Shown piece after piece: positions 1-12,584 of a stretch of 64,000 nt of DNA. How positions within the stretch are numbered: position 1 is the stretch's first letter; each line of letters starts with the position of its first letter. The notes under the pieces are model-generated. The model saw nothing but the letters and a program-made list of their open reading frames with translations, was not told the DNA's origin and ran no database searches. The position numbers were made by a program, and so were the translations under genes. This DNA comes from Bilabrum cf. latius (Eukaryota), in the NCBI GenBank assembly GCA_965178125.1, contig OZ237754.1, forward strand, positions 62,001 to 126,000, in the 5' to 3' direction.

Positions 1-383
1 CTCGGCTCACCACGCTGTAGGGTCGGAGTCTTCTGCTGAGCCAGGATTTTTTGCGCTGCTTCCGAAGATAGTGCACATGCCTACACTACTGCAGCCCTTC
101 CCCTGGCTCGGGCCGCGTCACCCATTCCCCGCTAGTCGGCCACTTCGTCTTGGGGAGGTACGGTGCTCCGCCTACGTTTTGGGCCCCGATGTCGTCCCTT
201 TTTGGCGCTCTGACTCCTGCTGCGACTCTTGTCCACCCGCACTCGCGCTACTGCTGCTGCTGCTGCTGCTGCTGGCCTTCGCTGACTACCGTTTTGCCGC
301 TGCCCCCGCTCCTCCAGCTGCGGCCCCATGCTCCTTTGCCACCCGCTTCGCTCGCTCCAATGCTGACTTGTCTATCGCGGCTG
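1..383 (-). CDS. Possible second ORF overlapping the end of the 118-2658 ORF and running off the window
   Basis: The frame of track ORF 132-329 is free of TAA/TGA from 383 to the left edge (TAG only). No homology recognisable. Confidence 0.25.
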
Positions 384-2658
384 TCACATCCTCCCACGCC
401 ATAGCGCTATGGTTGCCTGCCGGATTCAGTCCCAGTAATTCCCACGTGGGCCCCACCTGAGTCTGCGTCATCCGCAGCGGGGTCTCGTTCTCGCTCCGCA
501 ACTACCACAGTCGAAGCACCGCAGGAGTATCCATTCTCCCCACTGGTGCCACCCTATGTATCAAAATCATGCGCAGAGCAGTTGCTAACACGAAATGCTG
601 ACCCGTATTGGCTGTGTCCCCGTTGCCTCCACCTGCCGTGCGGACTGCTGCCGCATGAAGGACCATCCCCAAGCCCAAGAACATTCTTCGCACTGCAATC
701 TCCAACGCCTCGTGAAGCTTGCTCATTACTGCCCTGGCTTCCGCATGCTTATCCTGGTGCAGCAGTGTCGCAAGTGTGATAACCACCTTCAGCAACGACG
801 TGCTCCCTGCCACGACCCACTCGAGCGCCCCACACACCGATCTGGTCAATATCGTGGGTAATCGAAAAATGTTGCCTTGTTCCAGTTCTGCCACTCCCGA
901 CAACACGTGCTACCCGCACTTACTCGCAAATTGCCTGATCCCGTCCGGCATGAGCAAATCACCCGCCTCCTCCAGCACCGGTGCCACATGAAAGCTGCGG
1001 CCAGATCCTGACTCCCGGCGAAAACCAGCCGCACTCGCCATAGAAGCGAACATTATCTGCGCGGGGCGTTCAATCCGAAGCAACGAAATCTTTGCCTTGT
1101 CCGCACTCGTCAGCGCCACTGAGGCCAAGTCCTTAGCTCTCTCGCCTTCCTCCCCGAGTTCGGCCAAATACCGTGCACTGTCCCTAAATTGAAGCACCTC
1201 CTAAGACCGTACGGTGTCGTAGAACAAAGAGTCAACTCCCTTCGCCGTGGGAATGGAATTATGCACTTCCTTGGCGCCGTCTCCATCGTCTGCTCCGACC
1301 TGGCCCTGGTATGGTGACTTCTTGCAGGCGCCGGCTGACGACTTAATCGCCTGGGTGGAGTGCTCGGGCCGGGCATTTAACTCAAGCGCAAGGGCACGGA
1401 GCAACTACAACGTACCATTGGGCTCACCCGATGCCATGGCCGCAACCGCCTGTTGAATTCGCTTGTCGATCGCGTCACTCGCGGTCGCCTCTCCTGCTCC
1501 CGCGGATGCTCCCTCGACCTCTTGCTCGCGCCTTGCCGCCTTGGTGCGACGTTCCGAATCCGCCACAATGGCCTCCCAGGGAGCTTGTGCTTCCCCCACC
1601 TCTTCCGCTCTCCCCCTTTTTCCCAGCGTTGCGCCCGAGATGGTGCCCATCGACGCCTGCGCCCCAAACACCGCGCTGGCACCGCGGCTTGCCGTTGGAC
1701 CTCCCGCTGGTTTGCCACCCGCCCCAGCATCGGCCGCAGTCACTCCACCATGGCTGAATCCGCCCCCAAAATCAAAGAGGCCCAGCTCGCTCGGCGGATG
1801 GCCTGAGGTAGCAGTCGCCCCTGCACCGGCCCCCCCGCTTGGGGCAGGCAGTTTCCACCCAAACCCGCCACCGTCCATGATGCCCCGGCCCAGTGAGTGC
1901 GCTCCCATCGGCCCCCCGGCTACACGTTCAGGCCTTGACCCCGTGAATGGTGCTGTTGTTGATGCCCCGGATGGTACCGGGATCACCGGTGCTCCCCAGA
2001 GTGGGAGCACCCCATTGCTGCCCGTCGCATCTTGGTCTGAGTTTCCACCCGTCGCCGCGCTCGCCGACGAACTGCTGCATGTTGGCTTCGGCATCGCATG
2101 GATCAGCATGTTGGGCAACAGAGCATCGAACATTTCGTCGAGGAAGGGGATCGTCCACGGTGCCACCCGGGCATAGCCGAACAGGGCCGCACGTGCTGCC
2201 CACGCTGCCTGCTGTGGCGTTACACCACTCTGTAGTGGTTGCTGCAGGCATTTCCAGAGCTCACCATGGTCCTCGGGCATCAGATCGTCCTTTGAGAACC
2301 CTGCTGCCACTTCCAGAGCGCCACGCAGGCCCGATTCCACGTCTGGCGTCGTGGTCGGTTTGAACACGCCCATAACGGCAGCCCCTGCGCCCAGGGAAGC
2401 GACCGGCGTGTGGCCGCGTACGCAGCTGCCCAACAGAGCCCGCTGCGCATCTGCCCCTTCTTTGTTTAGCATGTTCACAGCCTCGCGTACGACAGGCTCC
2501 GAGAAGCTCGACATGTGTTCAACAGCCATACCTTGAAACACATCGAAAACACCACCCACAGCGTTCACCCTCCGCCTCACCGTTGGGGCCATACGAGTGG
2601 TCATTCGCGCCACGATCGCCCGGCTTTGCTTCCATTGCGCACTCTGCTGGCTGAGCAT
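118..2658 (-). CDS. Hypothetical 846-aa protein (possible retroelement Gag-like ORF1)
   Basis: Track ORFs 1405-2658, 1201-1404, 910-1197, 502-906 and 286-501 share one frame. They are separated only by TAG (1405, 1201, 910, 502, 286, plus 172), and the first TGA is at 118-120. No recognisable domain. Confidence 0.6.
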
Positions 2659-2732
2659 TATTTCCTTTATCTTCTTCTGAATTCCCCTAAGTAAAAATTA
2701 TTTCCTTTATCTTCTTCTGAATTCCCCTAAGT
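2657..2732. repeat. 36-bp direct repeat, two copies separated by AAAA
   Basis: ATTATTTCCTTTATCTTCTTCTGAATTCCCCTAAGT at 2657-2692 and 2697-2732. Confidence 0.95.
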
Positions 2733-3281
2733 GAGAGCGCTGGTCTCGCTCAGCTCGTACTCGGAATTGATCCGATCAGTATACCACTATCGGCCCAAAC
2801 ATCACTGTACATGGATGCTCTGTATTCGTCAGTAGGGGTGCCATTGAATCACGTGGCATTCGGTTTTGCTGGCAATCCATGCCTGATTGAGAGCATATTT
2901 AACGTCAGCCGCTGTGAAGTTTCATCCGCCACTCTACATTCAGCCCCAGCCACGATCACCACTCGTTCCCCTCCAACTCCACTTGTGAGCACACACGCTC
3001 CAGAGGCCCTCCAAGTCCCTGGCAGGGGACTCCCATTGCCGCAGGGCCCTTGCCTGTCAGCGTGAGCACCGGAGTACCACACCTTTACGGCCTCTTCGGC
3101 AGCTGCACAGCAGACAATCCGTGGCATTGACCAGAATTATAATAGTCACAACTCTATCATCCGCCCACAATGGTTCCGGGTCAAACGGAGCGGTTCAACG
3201 AATACCCAATTAACACGTTACAATTTGGCAATCCGAAAGGAATTTCATTTCGGGCCCACTGTGTGCCCAAACTGAGATAAT

Positions 3282-6200
3282 ATGGGACAAGGAACTTCAA
3301 ATCACAGTAAAGAGCGAACAACTAGGACGCCTCGCGGTTCACACTCCAAGTCGTTGTCTCGGAGACGCAGCGAAGCATCGCCGCCGCAGTTGCACTCCCG
3401 TGGTGGAAGCTAGCCGCCGTCCCCTGCTGCAGTGCAGGGGCAACCACCCCATGGACTCAGTATTACAGCTCACTAGCATCTTCATGAGTACCGTGAGGGT
3501 GGTGCCACTCCTATCGGTGGCGACTCCAGCGACGAGGATGACGACTTCGCACACGGGGACTTGGGTGCTGCTTTCTAGGGGTTTGCAGAAAAGTGTAAGT
3601 TCGACGGATCTCGCTTTAGGTCATAATTCAGCATGAATGTTGCCTTCCTTGTCGCCTGAGGCCGTTGGCGCCCATCAAATTTCTCCGCATTCGAACAGAA
3701 TTGAACCTATGAATCTTTCAATGCTCGGCGACGCGCGCAGTCAATGACGGTGAACTAGTAACTCTTAAGGCAAAATTTAGGGATCTAGCCTATCGTAGTG
3801 GCCCTGGATGGGGCCATACGGTCGATAAAGACACCTTCTTAAAGTTTTTCCCGTGGCCGGGCCTTCTTGGTGGTGAGATATCGTGCATGAGTCGAAGCTG
3901 CTGGAGCACTGGGAACCCATTTTGCCCGTCAGTTCTTGCAAGTTGTTTTGAGTGTAGCAAGGAATGTATCTGTATATCCTTCCGGGCCAGTCAATCCTAC
4001 TGGAGCATCCCCCTTTAGTTTAGCGTTGCACGCTTGGTCTCTTGCTCGCAGAGCGCCTGTTTCAGCTGTTCGACAAGGCGGGCACCGGACGCATTAATTT
4101 TGAGGAATTTATCGCCGGGCTCGCTCTGTGCTGCAGGGGAGACACGGCCGAGAGGGCCCGGTTCCTGTTCGAAGCGCACGATCTGGCGGGCGACGGCGTG
4201 GTCAGCCGCAGCGAGCTCCGGACCCTGCTGAACCACTTGCCTCAGACGGTCATCCATGCGATGGACGAGGCCTCCAGAGAGAGGGAGCGCATCGACAAGA
4301 AGAAGGCCAAGGCCATCCGGCTCACTGCGGCCAGAGCACGCAGCGGGTCCATCGCATCGACGCGTGGGAGACGCAGGCGCTCCCGCATGGGCCGCAGGGG
4401 CTCCTCCATGGTCTCCATGGATTCCATGACCAGCGGGTCCATCGCGTCTTCTTCCGCTCCGGGCACACCGGTCTCGGCCGCGACCACCCCCACGGGCGCC
4501 GTGGGCAGGGCTCCCGCGCGACCCTCCCCCCTGCACCCCGGCACACGGGGGGGGCCCTCTGCGCTGGTGCCCGGGCATGCTGCGGAAAAGGGCACGGAGC
4601 ATGACCATGAGCTTGGGGGGGCAGCAGCACCAGGTGCTGGCAGTCCCTCGACCTCCCCCGAGCTGCACCCCGTCGGTGGGGTGGCGCACGCTCCCAGCGG
4701 CAAGACCCCGCTTCACCGGAGAGCCGCATCCGCCCCTCTTGCCCTGAGCGAGGGACAGGGACAGGTCCCCAGCTCGCAGGCCTCTGGAACCATGGCCCTG
4801 CCCCCGCCGCACCCACCGGGCACACCCGCTGGGACGGGGACAGGACCAGGGGCGCACCTGCCCAGGGTGCAGCAGCTCAAGCAGCAGGAGACGGGGGGGC
4901 GGGGCAAGGGCAAGGGGCTGGGGAAGGCCAAGGGCAAGAGCAGGCTGGCCCCGGATGGTGCGGACCCTGTCTTGCCTCGAAGCAGGGAACCGTCCGCAGA
5001 CGGCAGCAGCGCTGGCGAGCACAGCCCCGTGGACAGCGGGTACTCTCCTCGATCGGGAGACACGAGGGCCACCGACAGCACGCCGGTGGGCGATCACCCC
5101 TCGGGCGGGCTGGGGATGCCACACCTCTACGACAGCGACATGGATTCGGTTGCAACCGACGACCACGACACCCCGCTGCCTGGCAGGTACCACTCCCAGC
5201 GCATGGACTCTGGCAGGATCTCGGAGGCCGGCTCGCAGCTGGCGAGAGGGGATGGGCACGAGGACGGGCCCGGGTGGGAGGGCGGCCCCGACCTGGACCA
5301 CGGGCATGTTGGGGTGATGGAGGGCCGACTGGATCGGCTGGGCCGGATGCAGTCGCGGGAGGCCAGCGCGGACCGGCTTGGCGTGCAGCTGGCATCGGGG
5401 TCCGAGAGCGCCTCTGCAGAGGAGGGCGGGCCCCAGGGGAGCAGGCGGCGGGGGCACAGCCCGGTGAGCAGCGATGGGGGGCACGGGGGCCACGGGGGGC
5501 ACGGGATATCCAGCGATGAGGACCATCACCACCACGATCATCGCCACGCTGGTGGACCGGCCGATGCAGCAGGGGCAGACCATGGAGGCCGACTCAGTGC
5601 GCACAGCAGCGCCAGCAGCTCGCACGCCCGTGGGACGACTCCCAGCGGGCTCATGGGTTCGGCTCCACTGGTGGACCGTGTGGTGGAGCGGGTGTTCCGG
5701 CTAGCGCGACCCAAAGACAAGCGCCACATGATCTTCTCGGAGTTCAGCGCCTTCCTGGAGACAATGCCAATCCTGCCGCAGTTCCTGTCTTCCGTGTTCC
5801 CTTACGACCACCTGCGGGGAGCAGAGGCGGGCAGTGCCCTCCCAGGCGATCTGGGCAAGGCGCAGCACCGCCGCATGCTGCAGGAAGCCTAGGAGGAGGA
5901 GGAGGAGAAGGAAGGGGGAGGAGGGAGCTCCGGTGGTGCGAAGGGTGGGGCAGCGGGAACGAGCGAGCAGGGGCCCAGGGACGCGGAGCAGCCTGCAGCC
6001 GGGCGACTCCAGCCTCCGCTGCGGCCCTCCGCCGTGGTGCCTGCCCCCAACGGGGTGGCCCCGCGCACTGGCAGCAAGCTTAAGGCCCCTGTCCACGTGG
6101 ACCAGGGCAGTCCGCCCCAGGATCGGGCGGGCAGAGGCCTGGCCGGAGGCAAGTCCGTGGGCGGCAATACCGTGCCCAGCGGGTTGGCAGCCCCCACCAT

Positions 6201-9200
6201 GCAAGAGGAGGACTCCCCCGATGAGGGGGACAGCGAGGCTGGCGCGGGTGCAGCCGGCAAGCAGGCTGATGGCACCGGTAAGGGCGTCGGGGCAAGCACC
6301 AGCAGGTCCGGGAAGAGCTCGACCAAGAGCACCAGCACGAGCACCAGTACAGGCGCGGGCGCGGGCAGGGCAAGCGGCTCCCACCCCCCCTCCAGCCAGG
6401 GCAGCCCCTCGGGCCCGTCGGCCGCGCAGAAGGCAGCGCCTCGCAATGCGCCGGCCTTCCCGCCGCCCCGCACGCCCGCGGATGCCAGGCTCGCGGGGGC
6501 ACGGGCTGCTCGACTGGTCGTGGGATCGGGCCCGCAGCGGGCCGCCCTCGTGGCCGCGCTGGAGGGGGTGAGCCACGCCCCGGCGGCGCGCGACCGGCCC
6601 ATGTGCCTCGGCTGCTCCAGCTGCAGGTCGAGGCTGCGGTTCTGTCCCGCCACGGGGGCCCCCTACACGCGGCGGACCGAGGCCATGTTCCGGGCGGGGC
6701 AGGGGTGGACGCTGACGGTGACTGCGGCGCAGCGGGCAGCCATGGGAGCGGGGGCTCGGGAGGCGTATGTGCGGCACCTGTGGGCTGCTGACTGGCTTTC
6801 TGCAGCGGCGCGGGTGCCTCTGCGGGAGGCGGGCGCCGTGAATGCAGTGGCGCACGAGCACGGCCGGCGGGGTGCGCTGGAGGGACTGGCGGCCGACGGG
6901 GTGCTCGGGAAGGGCGTGTCGGGGGGTCTGCAGAAGGGCCCGGGCGCACAGGGGGCAAATGGGGGGGCCGGTGTCGCGGGGAACAGCGGGGCCATGGAGG
7001 ACGGGCAGCTGAGGCCGAGCCCTCTGGCCGTGTCACTCGGGCCCGGGGCGCAGCAGCGGGCGGGCGCTCGGCGTCCCCGTGGCGCCAGCGATGGCATGTC
7101 GGCGGGTGCCGCCCCGGGGCCGGGGGGCGGGCCCTCGGTGCAGGAGCGAGAGAGGGTGCTCTCCTTCGCGTCTGACCTGCAGTCGGCCGATGGGGACGCA
7201 TCGGTGGCAGCTCGCACCGCGCACAGCACTGACGACGAGAGGGAGAGGGAACGGCTGTTCCCTCCGATGGACGGGGCGCAGGGGCCCACCTCGCCGGACA
7301 CGAGCCCGCTGCTGGGTGCTGCCGCCCGCAACCGAGCCCCGCACTTCGCCATGCCGGATCTGGACCTCAGCCGGAGCCTGCAGCCGGGGGCGCCGCTGCT
7401 GCAGCTGTCCCCTCGGGCCGCGATGCTGCAGGCGGGCAGCGGAGGAGACGAGGATGGCACGCTCGACTCGCTGGCCCTGGCTGGCTTTAGCCGGGAGGGT
7501 GTGGGCGCGCTGGGCTCCAGTGCCACGGCAGAGCGGCGGGTGGAGGTGGACAGCAGCGACAGCGGTGACTCGGGCGGGTCTGCCTCCTCTTCCACCTCCT
7601 CCTCGGACGACGGCAGCGGTGGAAGCGAGGAGGACGACGAGGGGGAGGCGGACGAGCTGGCGGCTAGGAGGGAGAGGGCCAGGGAACAAGGCAGGGAAAG
7701 CAGCAGGACCAGCGTTGGGAAGGGAAGCAAGCGGCAGCGGAGGCTGAGAGCGAACGGCCGCAAGTCTCCGGGGCAAGCGCCCGCTCCTGTGGGGCCCTAG
7801 GGGTCGCTCTGGGCGAAGCAGGCCGCGGGGCATGCGGCTGAGTCCGCCGGAAGCGGCACAGGCAGCGAGCCAGGCCACTTTGGCAGGCAAGACACGCTCG
7901 GAGATGCAAAGGCGACCTCTCTATCGCACCACGTGGGCACTGCCCTGTCTAACTCAATGGGTGAGCTGCTGCGGGGGGAGGGGGCCGGAGAACAGGGGCA
8001 GGGTGGGGCCGGCGCAGGCGGAGAAGTGCGCACAGCAGTATTGAGCAGCAGGCAGAGCGGCAATTTCGAGAACGAAGAGGGCATCGGGCTGTCGATCGAC
8101 TCGGGGGCGGAGCCGAAGGGGGGGGGTGCAGCCGCGGGCGACAGCGAAGGAGAGGACCGGCCCCCTCGTGGGTCTCTCAGCTCGGAAGGGGCCAGCTCCC
8201 TCCCGCGTCTGGATGCCCTGAGGAGGGCGCCCAGCCTTGAGTTTGACCCTCTGGAGACTGGCAAGGCAGGGGGTGCACCCCGGGGGGCGCTGTCGCTGGA
8301 GCTTGGGCCTGCTGACGGATCGCAGGGGGGCACGGAGGGCGGGTAGGACGAGGACGAGGGTGAGGACGAGGGTGTGGAAGGGGGCAAGTCGCAGGGTGAC
8401 AGCCCTGGGTCTGGCAGGACATCCGAATCGCAGGGGGGGCTGGGCCTGTTGGCAGCTGGAGGGCCCTCCATGGAAGGCGGGCAGCGGTGGAGCAAGAGGA
8501 GCTCGCGCGGAAGAGCCATATCGGATGGAGGCAGCTCCGCCTTCTCGCCCACCACACCGGACCCGCGAGAGGACCAGGACGAGGTAGAGGGTGAGGGCAG
8601 TGGGCTGTGGGGCCGAAACAAGGACAAGGACAAGGGTAGGGAGAGGGAGAGGGCTGCGTCGGATGGCAGCAAGAGCGAAGGGACCCATGACGAGGACGAG
8701 GACGAGGACAAGGGGGCCGAGGCCGTGTCCAAGAGCTCGGCGGCCCCAGCAGCGACTAAACGCGCCCCGAGCGCCACCGCGTCGGGTGGGGTGATCCGCA
8801 CTCCGTACGGGGCAGCAACGGGTGGCCGGTACCAGTCGCTTGCCAGGGACCACCTCGATGGGGCGCTGCCTACCCCGGGGAAGGCGATCGGGGATGGGAG
8901 CGGGGTCCACAGCGGGGACAGCAGCCAGGACGCAGGCGCGGCGGGGCACGCACTCGGTGCGACTCGCGGGGCAATCAGTGACCGGGGCCAGGGCAGCAAT
9001 GGGGGTGTGGGCGGAGGCATGGCGCAGGAGGGCAAGGCCAGGGGCAGGGACGGGCTTCCGCCCAGTGGGCCACCGGCTGCCATGGCCAGCGTGACCACTC
9101 GTCACACCTTTTGCTCTCTGTGCGGCGCGGCCCACCGCTCCGACGACTGGCAGCCCACCGGCGGGCTGCTCCTCGTGCAGGCGCTCGAGGGCTTCTTGGC

Positions 9201-11562
9201 AGCAGTGGGCGCGAGGGGGCCCGAGGCGGCGCGCGCACTGCAGCAGGACCTGGAGCGGGCCGCCTCGAAGAGGAGGGAGGAAGTGGCGGCGGCGGAGGCG
9301 GAGGCAAAGGCAGAGGCTGCGGCGGCACGGGCCGACGGCAGGGGCAGCAGCAGCCGCAGTCGCGGCTCTCACCGGCCCACGACCCGTGACCTGGGCCCCC
9401 TGGCAGAGCCTGCCTCTCGGCTGGTCGGTCCAGGCGCGGCAGCCGCAGCCCCAGCTGCTGGGGTGAATAAGTCCGGGCCTGCATCGGGAGCGCCTGCCCG
9501 TCTGCAGCGGCCCCTCGCGGTGCCACCCGTGGCGGGCCGACAACCCTCGGCGGAAGCGACGCCCATGTCCACGTCCACCGCAGGACCGGGCAGCATCTCC
9601 CGGGGCGCGTCCGATAGGAGCGGGGCCGTGTCTCCCGCACACGACGGTGCCTGGCGGGATGGGGAGAACACAGAGAGGGACCGGGACAGGAGGTAGGGCG
9701 CGAGCCCCACCTCGCCTCTGCTGCGCGCCCACGCCTCCAGGGCCGGAGACACGGGCTTTGGCATGCCGTACTCTGCAGGGAAGGGCATGCAGGGAGGGGG
9801 CGGAGGGGACGGATTCTCGGACCGTGCCTCCCACGGCAGTGACGAGGAGGAGGAGGAGGCAAGAGCGGCTGCTGCTGCTGCAGCTGCGGCCCAGGGGGCG
9901 GGCAAGGGCCCGCCTCCCTTGCAGCTGCCCGGGCGAGGGCCCCTGGTTCGGTCTAGGTCGGAGGGGGCGGCGAGGGCAAGCCGCGGGGGCACCATAGCGA
10001 CGGGCGAGCCTGGTCCAGACGGAGGGGAGGATGGCACCGGGGACGAGGGCGCGGTGAGCAGGGTGGTGTCTGCTCCCGGGAGGCGCAGCAGGGACAAGGG
10101 CAAGGAGGCGGCAGGGGGTGCGGGCGCAGGTGAGCAGTCCGGGGGCGTTGGCGCTCTCGTGTCGATGGATCACTCGATGGGCGCGGGGGGCGGCCGGGTG
10201 AGGGGCGCCGCGGGCGTGAGTCTCGTGGAGCACGACGGGTGGCTGTACAAGTGGAGCCGGACCCAGCGGCAGTTCACGAAGCGGTTCTACTTCCTGCAGC
10301 ACAACTTTTTGTACTGGTACTCGACCCACCAGGGGCACGGAAACCACCCCCGCGGCGCGCTGTTCCTGGAGGACTCGTTCGTGCGCGCGACGGACGAGAT
10401 GCAGGACAAGGGCTTCTTCGGAATCAGCATCCACACCTCGCTGGCTCACGGTGACCGCACGCGGGTGCTGTACGCGCCTTCCAGGGAGAAGCGGGACGAG
10501 TGGCTGCGGGTGCTCGAGATGGCCTGCCGGGCTGCTCCCTTCCTGGACCTGTACGACATGGGCGCCACTTTGGGGCAGGGCAAGTTCGGCAAGGTGCTGG
10601 AGGCGACCCGGCGGGACACGGGGGAGGTGCTGGCCGTGAAGGTCGTGGACAAGAAGGCTCTCACGGAGGAGGAGAGGGAGCTGCTTCGGACTGAGATCGC
10701 CATCCTCAAGCTGGTGCGGCACCCGCACATCATCCGTCTCGAGGGCGTGTTCGAGACAGGGTCCACGATGTACATCGTGATGGAGCTGCTGCGGGGCGGA
10801 GAGCTCTTCGACTCGATCGTGGGCAGGGAGCGGTTCTCGGAGGACGAGGCGCGCACGGTGGTCAAGCCGCTGGTGGAGGCGCTGGCCTACCTGCACTCCC
10901 TCGGGGTCACGCACCGAGACCTCAAGCCGGAGAACGTGCTGGTGGGGGAGGGCCTGCACGACCTCAAGATCGCCGACTTTGGCCTCAGCAAGCTAGTGCA
11001 CCCCCGCGAGCTCATGACTCAGCCCGTGGGCACGCTCTCCTACGTGGCACCCGAGGTGCTGAGCATGCAGGGTTACAACCGGCGAGCAGACCTGTGGTCC
11101 CTGGGCGTGATCCTGTACCTCATCGTGCGTGGCAAGCTGCCCTTTGACGCCGAGAGCAAGGAGGAGGTCATCCACCTGACCCTCAGCGCGGAGATCGACT
11201 GGGAGGAGAGCCCGTGGACGGAGTGGACGCCCGAGGGGAAAGACTTCGCCAAGAGTTTGCTGGAGAGGAACCACAAGCGGCGCATCACTGCGAGGCGCGC
11301 CCTGCAGCACCCCTGGCTGACGGGGCAGACGTTTGCCGAGCGGGACAAGGCGAGCAAGAGGGCGGCGAGGAGCAGGAGGGCGAGGGAGAAAGAGAGGGAG
11401 CGGTCTGGGGGCAAGGACAAGAGCAGGGGCAGGGGGAAGGGCAAGAAGGAGCGGACGGTTGGGTCGGGGGCGGGTGCAGGTGCTGAGGGAAAGGCAGCTG
11501 CCAGTGGGACTGGGGCAGCGTCCGGTGCTGCCGGAGGAGACGGGACGTCTGCTGGCACATGA
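3282..11562 (+). CDS. CDPK7-like kinase: myristoylation motif, EF-hands, long disordered linker, PH domain, CAMK-group kinase (~2,651 aa)
   Basis: join(3282..3594,3741..3872,4052..11562) with GT..CAG introns. Starts MGQGTS; EF-hands DKAGTGRINFEE and DLAGDGVVSRSE; PH domain HDGWLYKWS..KRFYFL; kinase motifs LGQGKFG, HRDLKPEN, DFG, APE. Seven in-frame TAG (3411, 3474, 3576, 5890, 7798, 8344, 9694); ends TGA. Confidence 0.9.
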
Positions 11563-12584
11563 CGAGTATGTGGGTCCGTAAGGTGGTTATTATACGCCCA
11601 AAGTACGTTGAGATGAATCGAAATATGGCAATTCGCGCACTGTGGCTGGCCGTTCGGATGGACTTCACTAGCGGGAGCCTGCCGTCTGTGATAACGACAA
11701 TCACATCAGAATAATTGTGTCTGTACCGCAATGCAACAGCCGGACTTGAACCTGGATCGTGATCTCACCACGGCTTGCAGACCCTGCACCCATCCATCAC
11801 GCACCGTGTCGACGCTGGGGGCAAGCGGGCAAAAAGTGAGTCGTCATGATCGCCCCAAAGAAGACCACTCCAAGAATTGCAGGTGATAGAAGCCCATAGA
11901 CCGGCCATAATCCTGCGCACAACAGGACAGCTGCCAGGAACCCCGTGATCTACCCAAGCCACAGCGCGTTCGGATTGTACGCTTCCCACTCTAAATGAAC
12001 GTCTTCGACGTATGGTACCCAAACCACGAAATATAACATAACGCCAAATGATATTCCAAAGCAAGCGAGGCCAAGGTTGAACCACAGCCTGCGATGGGAG
12101 GTGATATGTCTGCTGAAGTAGCAGCGCTTAAAAAAAAATCAGAACCTTGGACGAATGCGGGCTTTTTCTAAATTTCTTACCTAGCGACATCGCTACTATG
12201 AATAATAACTTCAAATAACTTCGTGTAGTAGGCCAATGCAGCGGCTCCAATCACCCACAGCGCAGCCTGTACTTTCGTTGAAATCATATCGACCCGTTCC
12301 ATGCGCTTCTGCTGCTCCTACTAGTACTAAGCTCCTGCAGATGATCGATGTCCTGTTCTTCGCAACTACACGTACGGCTGTTCGGACATGATAAACGCCT
12401 AGAAGTTTTGCGCGTCCGCTGTTCGATGGCTTTCGGTTTCGCTTCTGAGAAAGTTCGCCACGATTCTTCAAGAAGTTCTGCTCTTTGCAACTAGTCTAGC
12501 ATCAGCATACATTCGAGGCTACTATTCGCACAGATATGTAATTGTTACGTATTGATACTGACAAGTGCCCGCACAAGGTCAGAG

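Noticed and set aside
7954-10959. 1001-aa minus-strand ORF and other long antisense or alternate-frame ORFs (e.g. 4015-5625, 20068-21075, 51689-53230)
   Set aside because: Shadow ORFs of GC-rich genes on the opposite strand; Arg/Pro/Ala-rich with no motifs.
11940-12200. Suppressor tRNA(CUA) suggested by CTCTAAA/TTCTAAA heptamers
   Set aside because: No acceptor stem, D-arm or GTTCRA T-loop at the right spacing by eye. A tRNAscan-SE run would be decisive.
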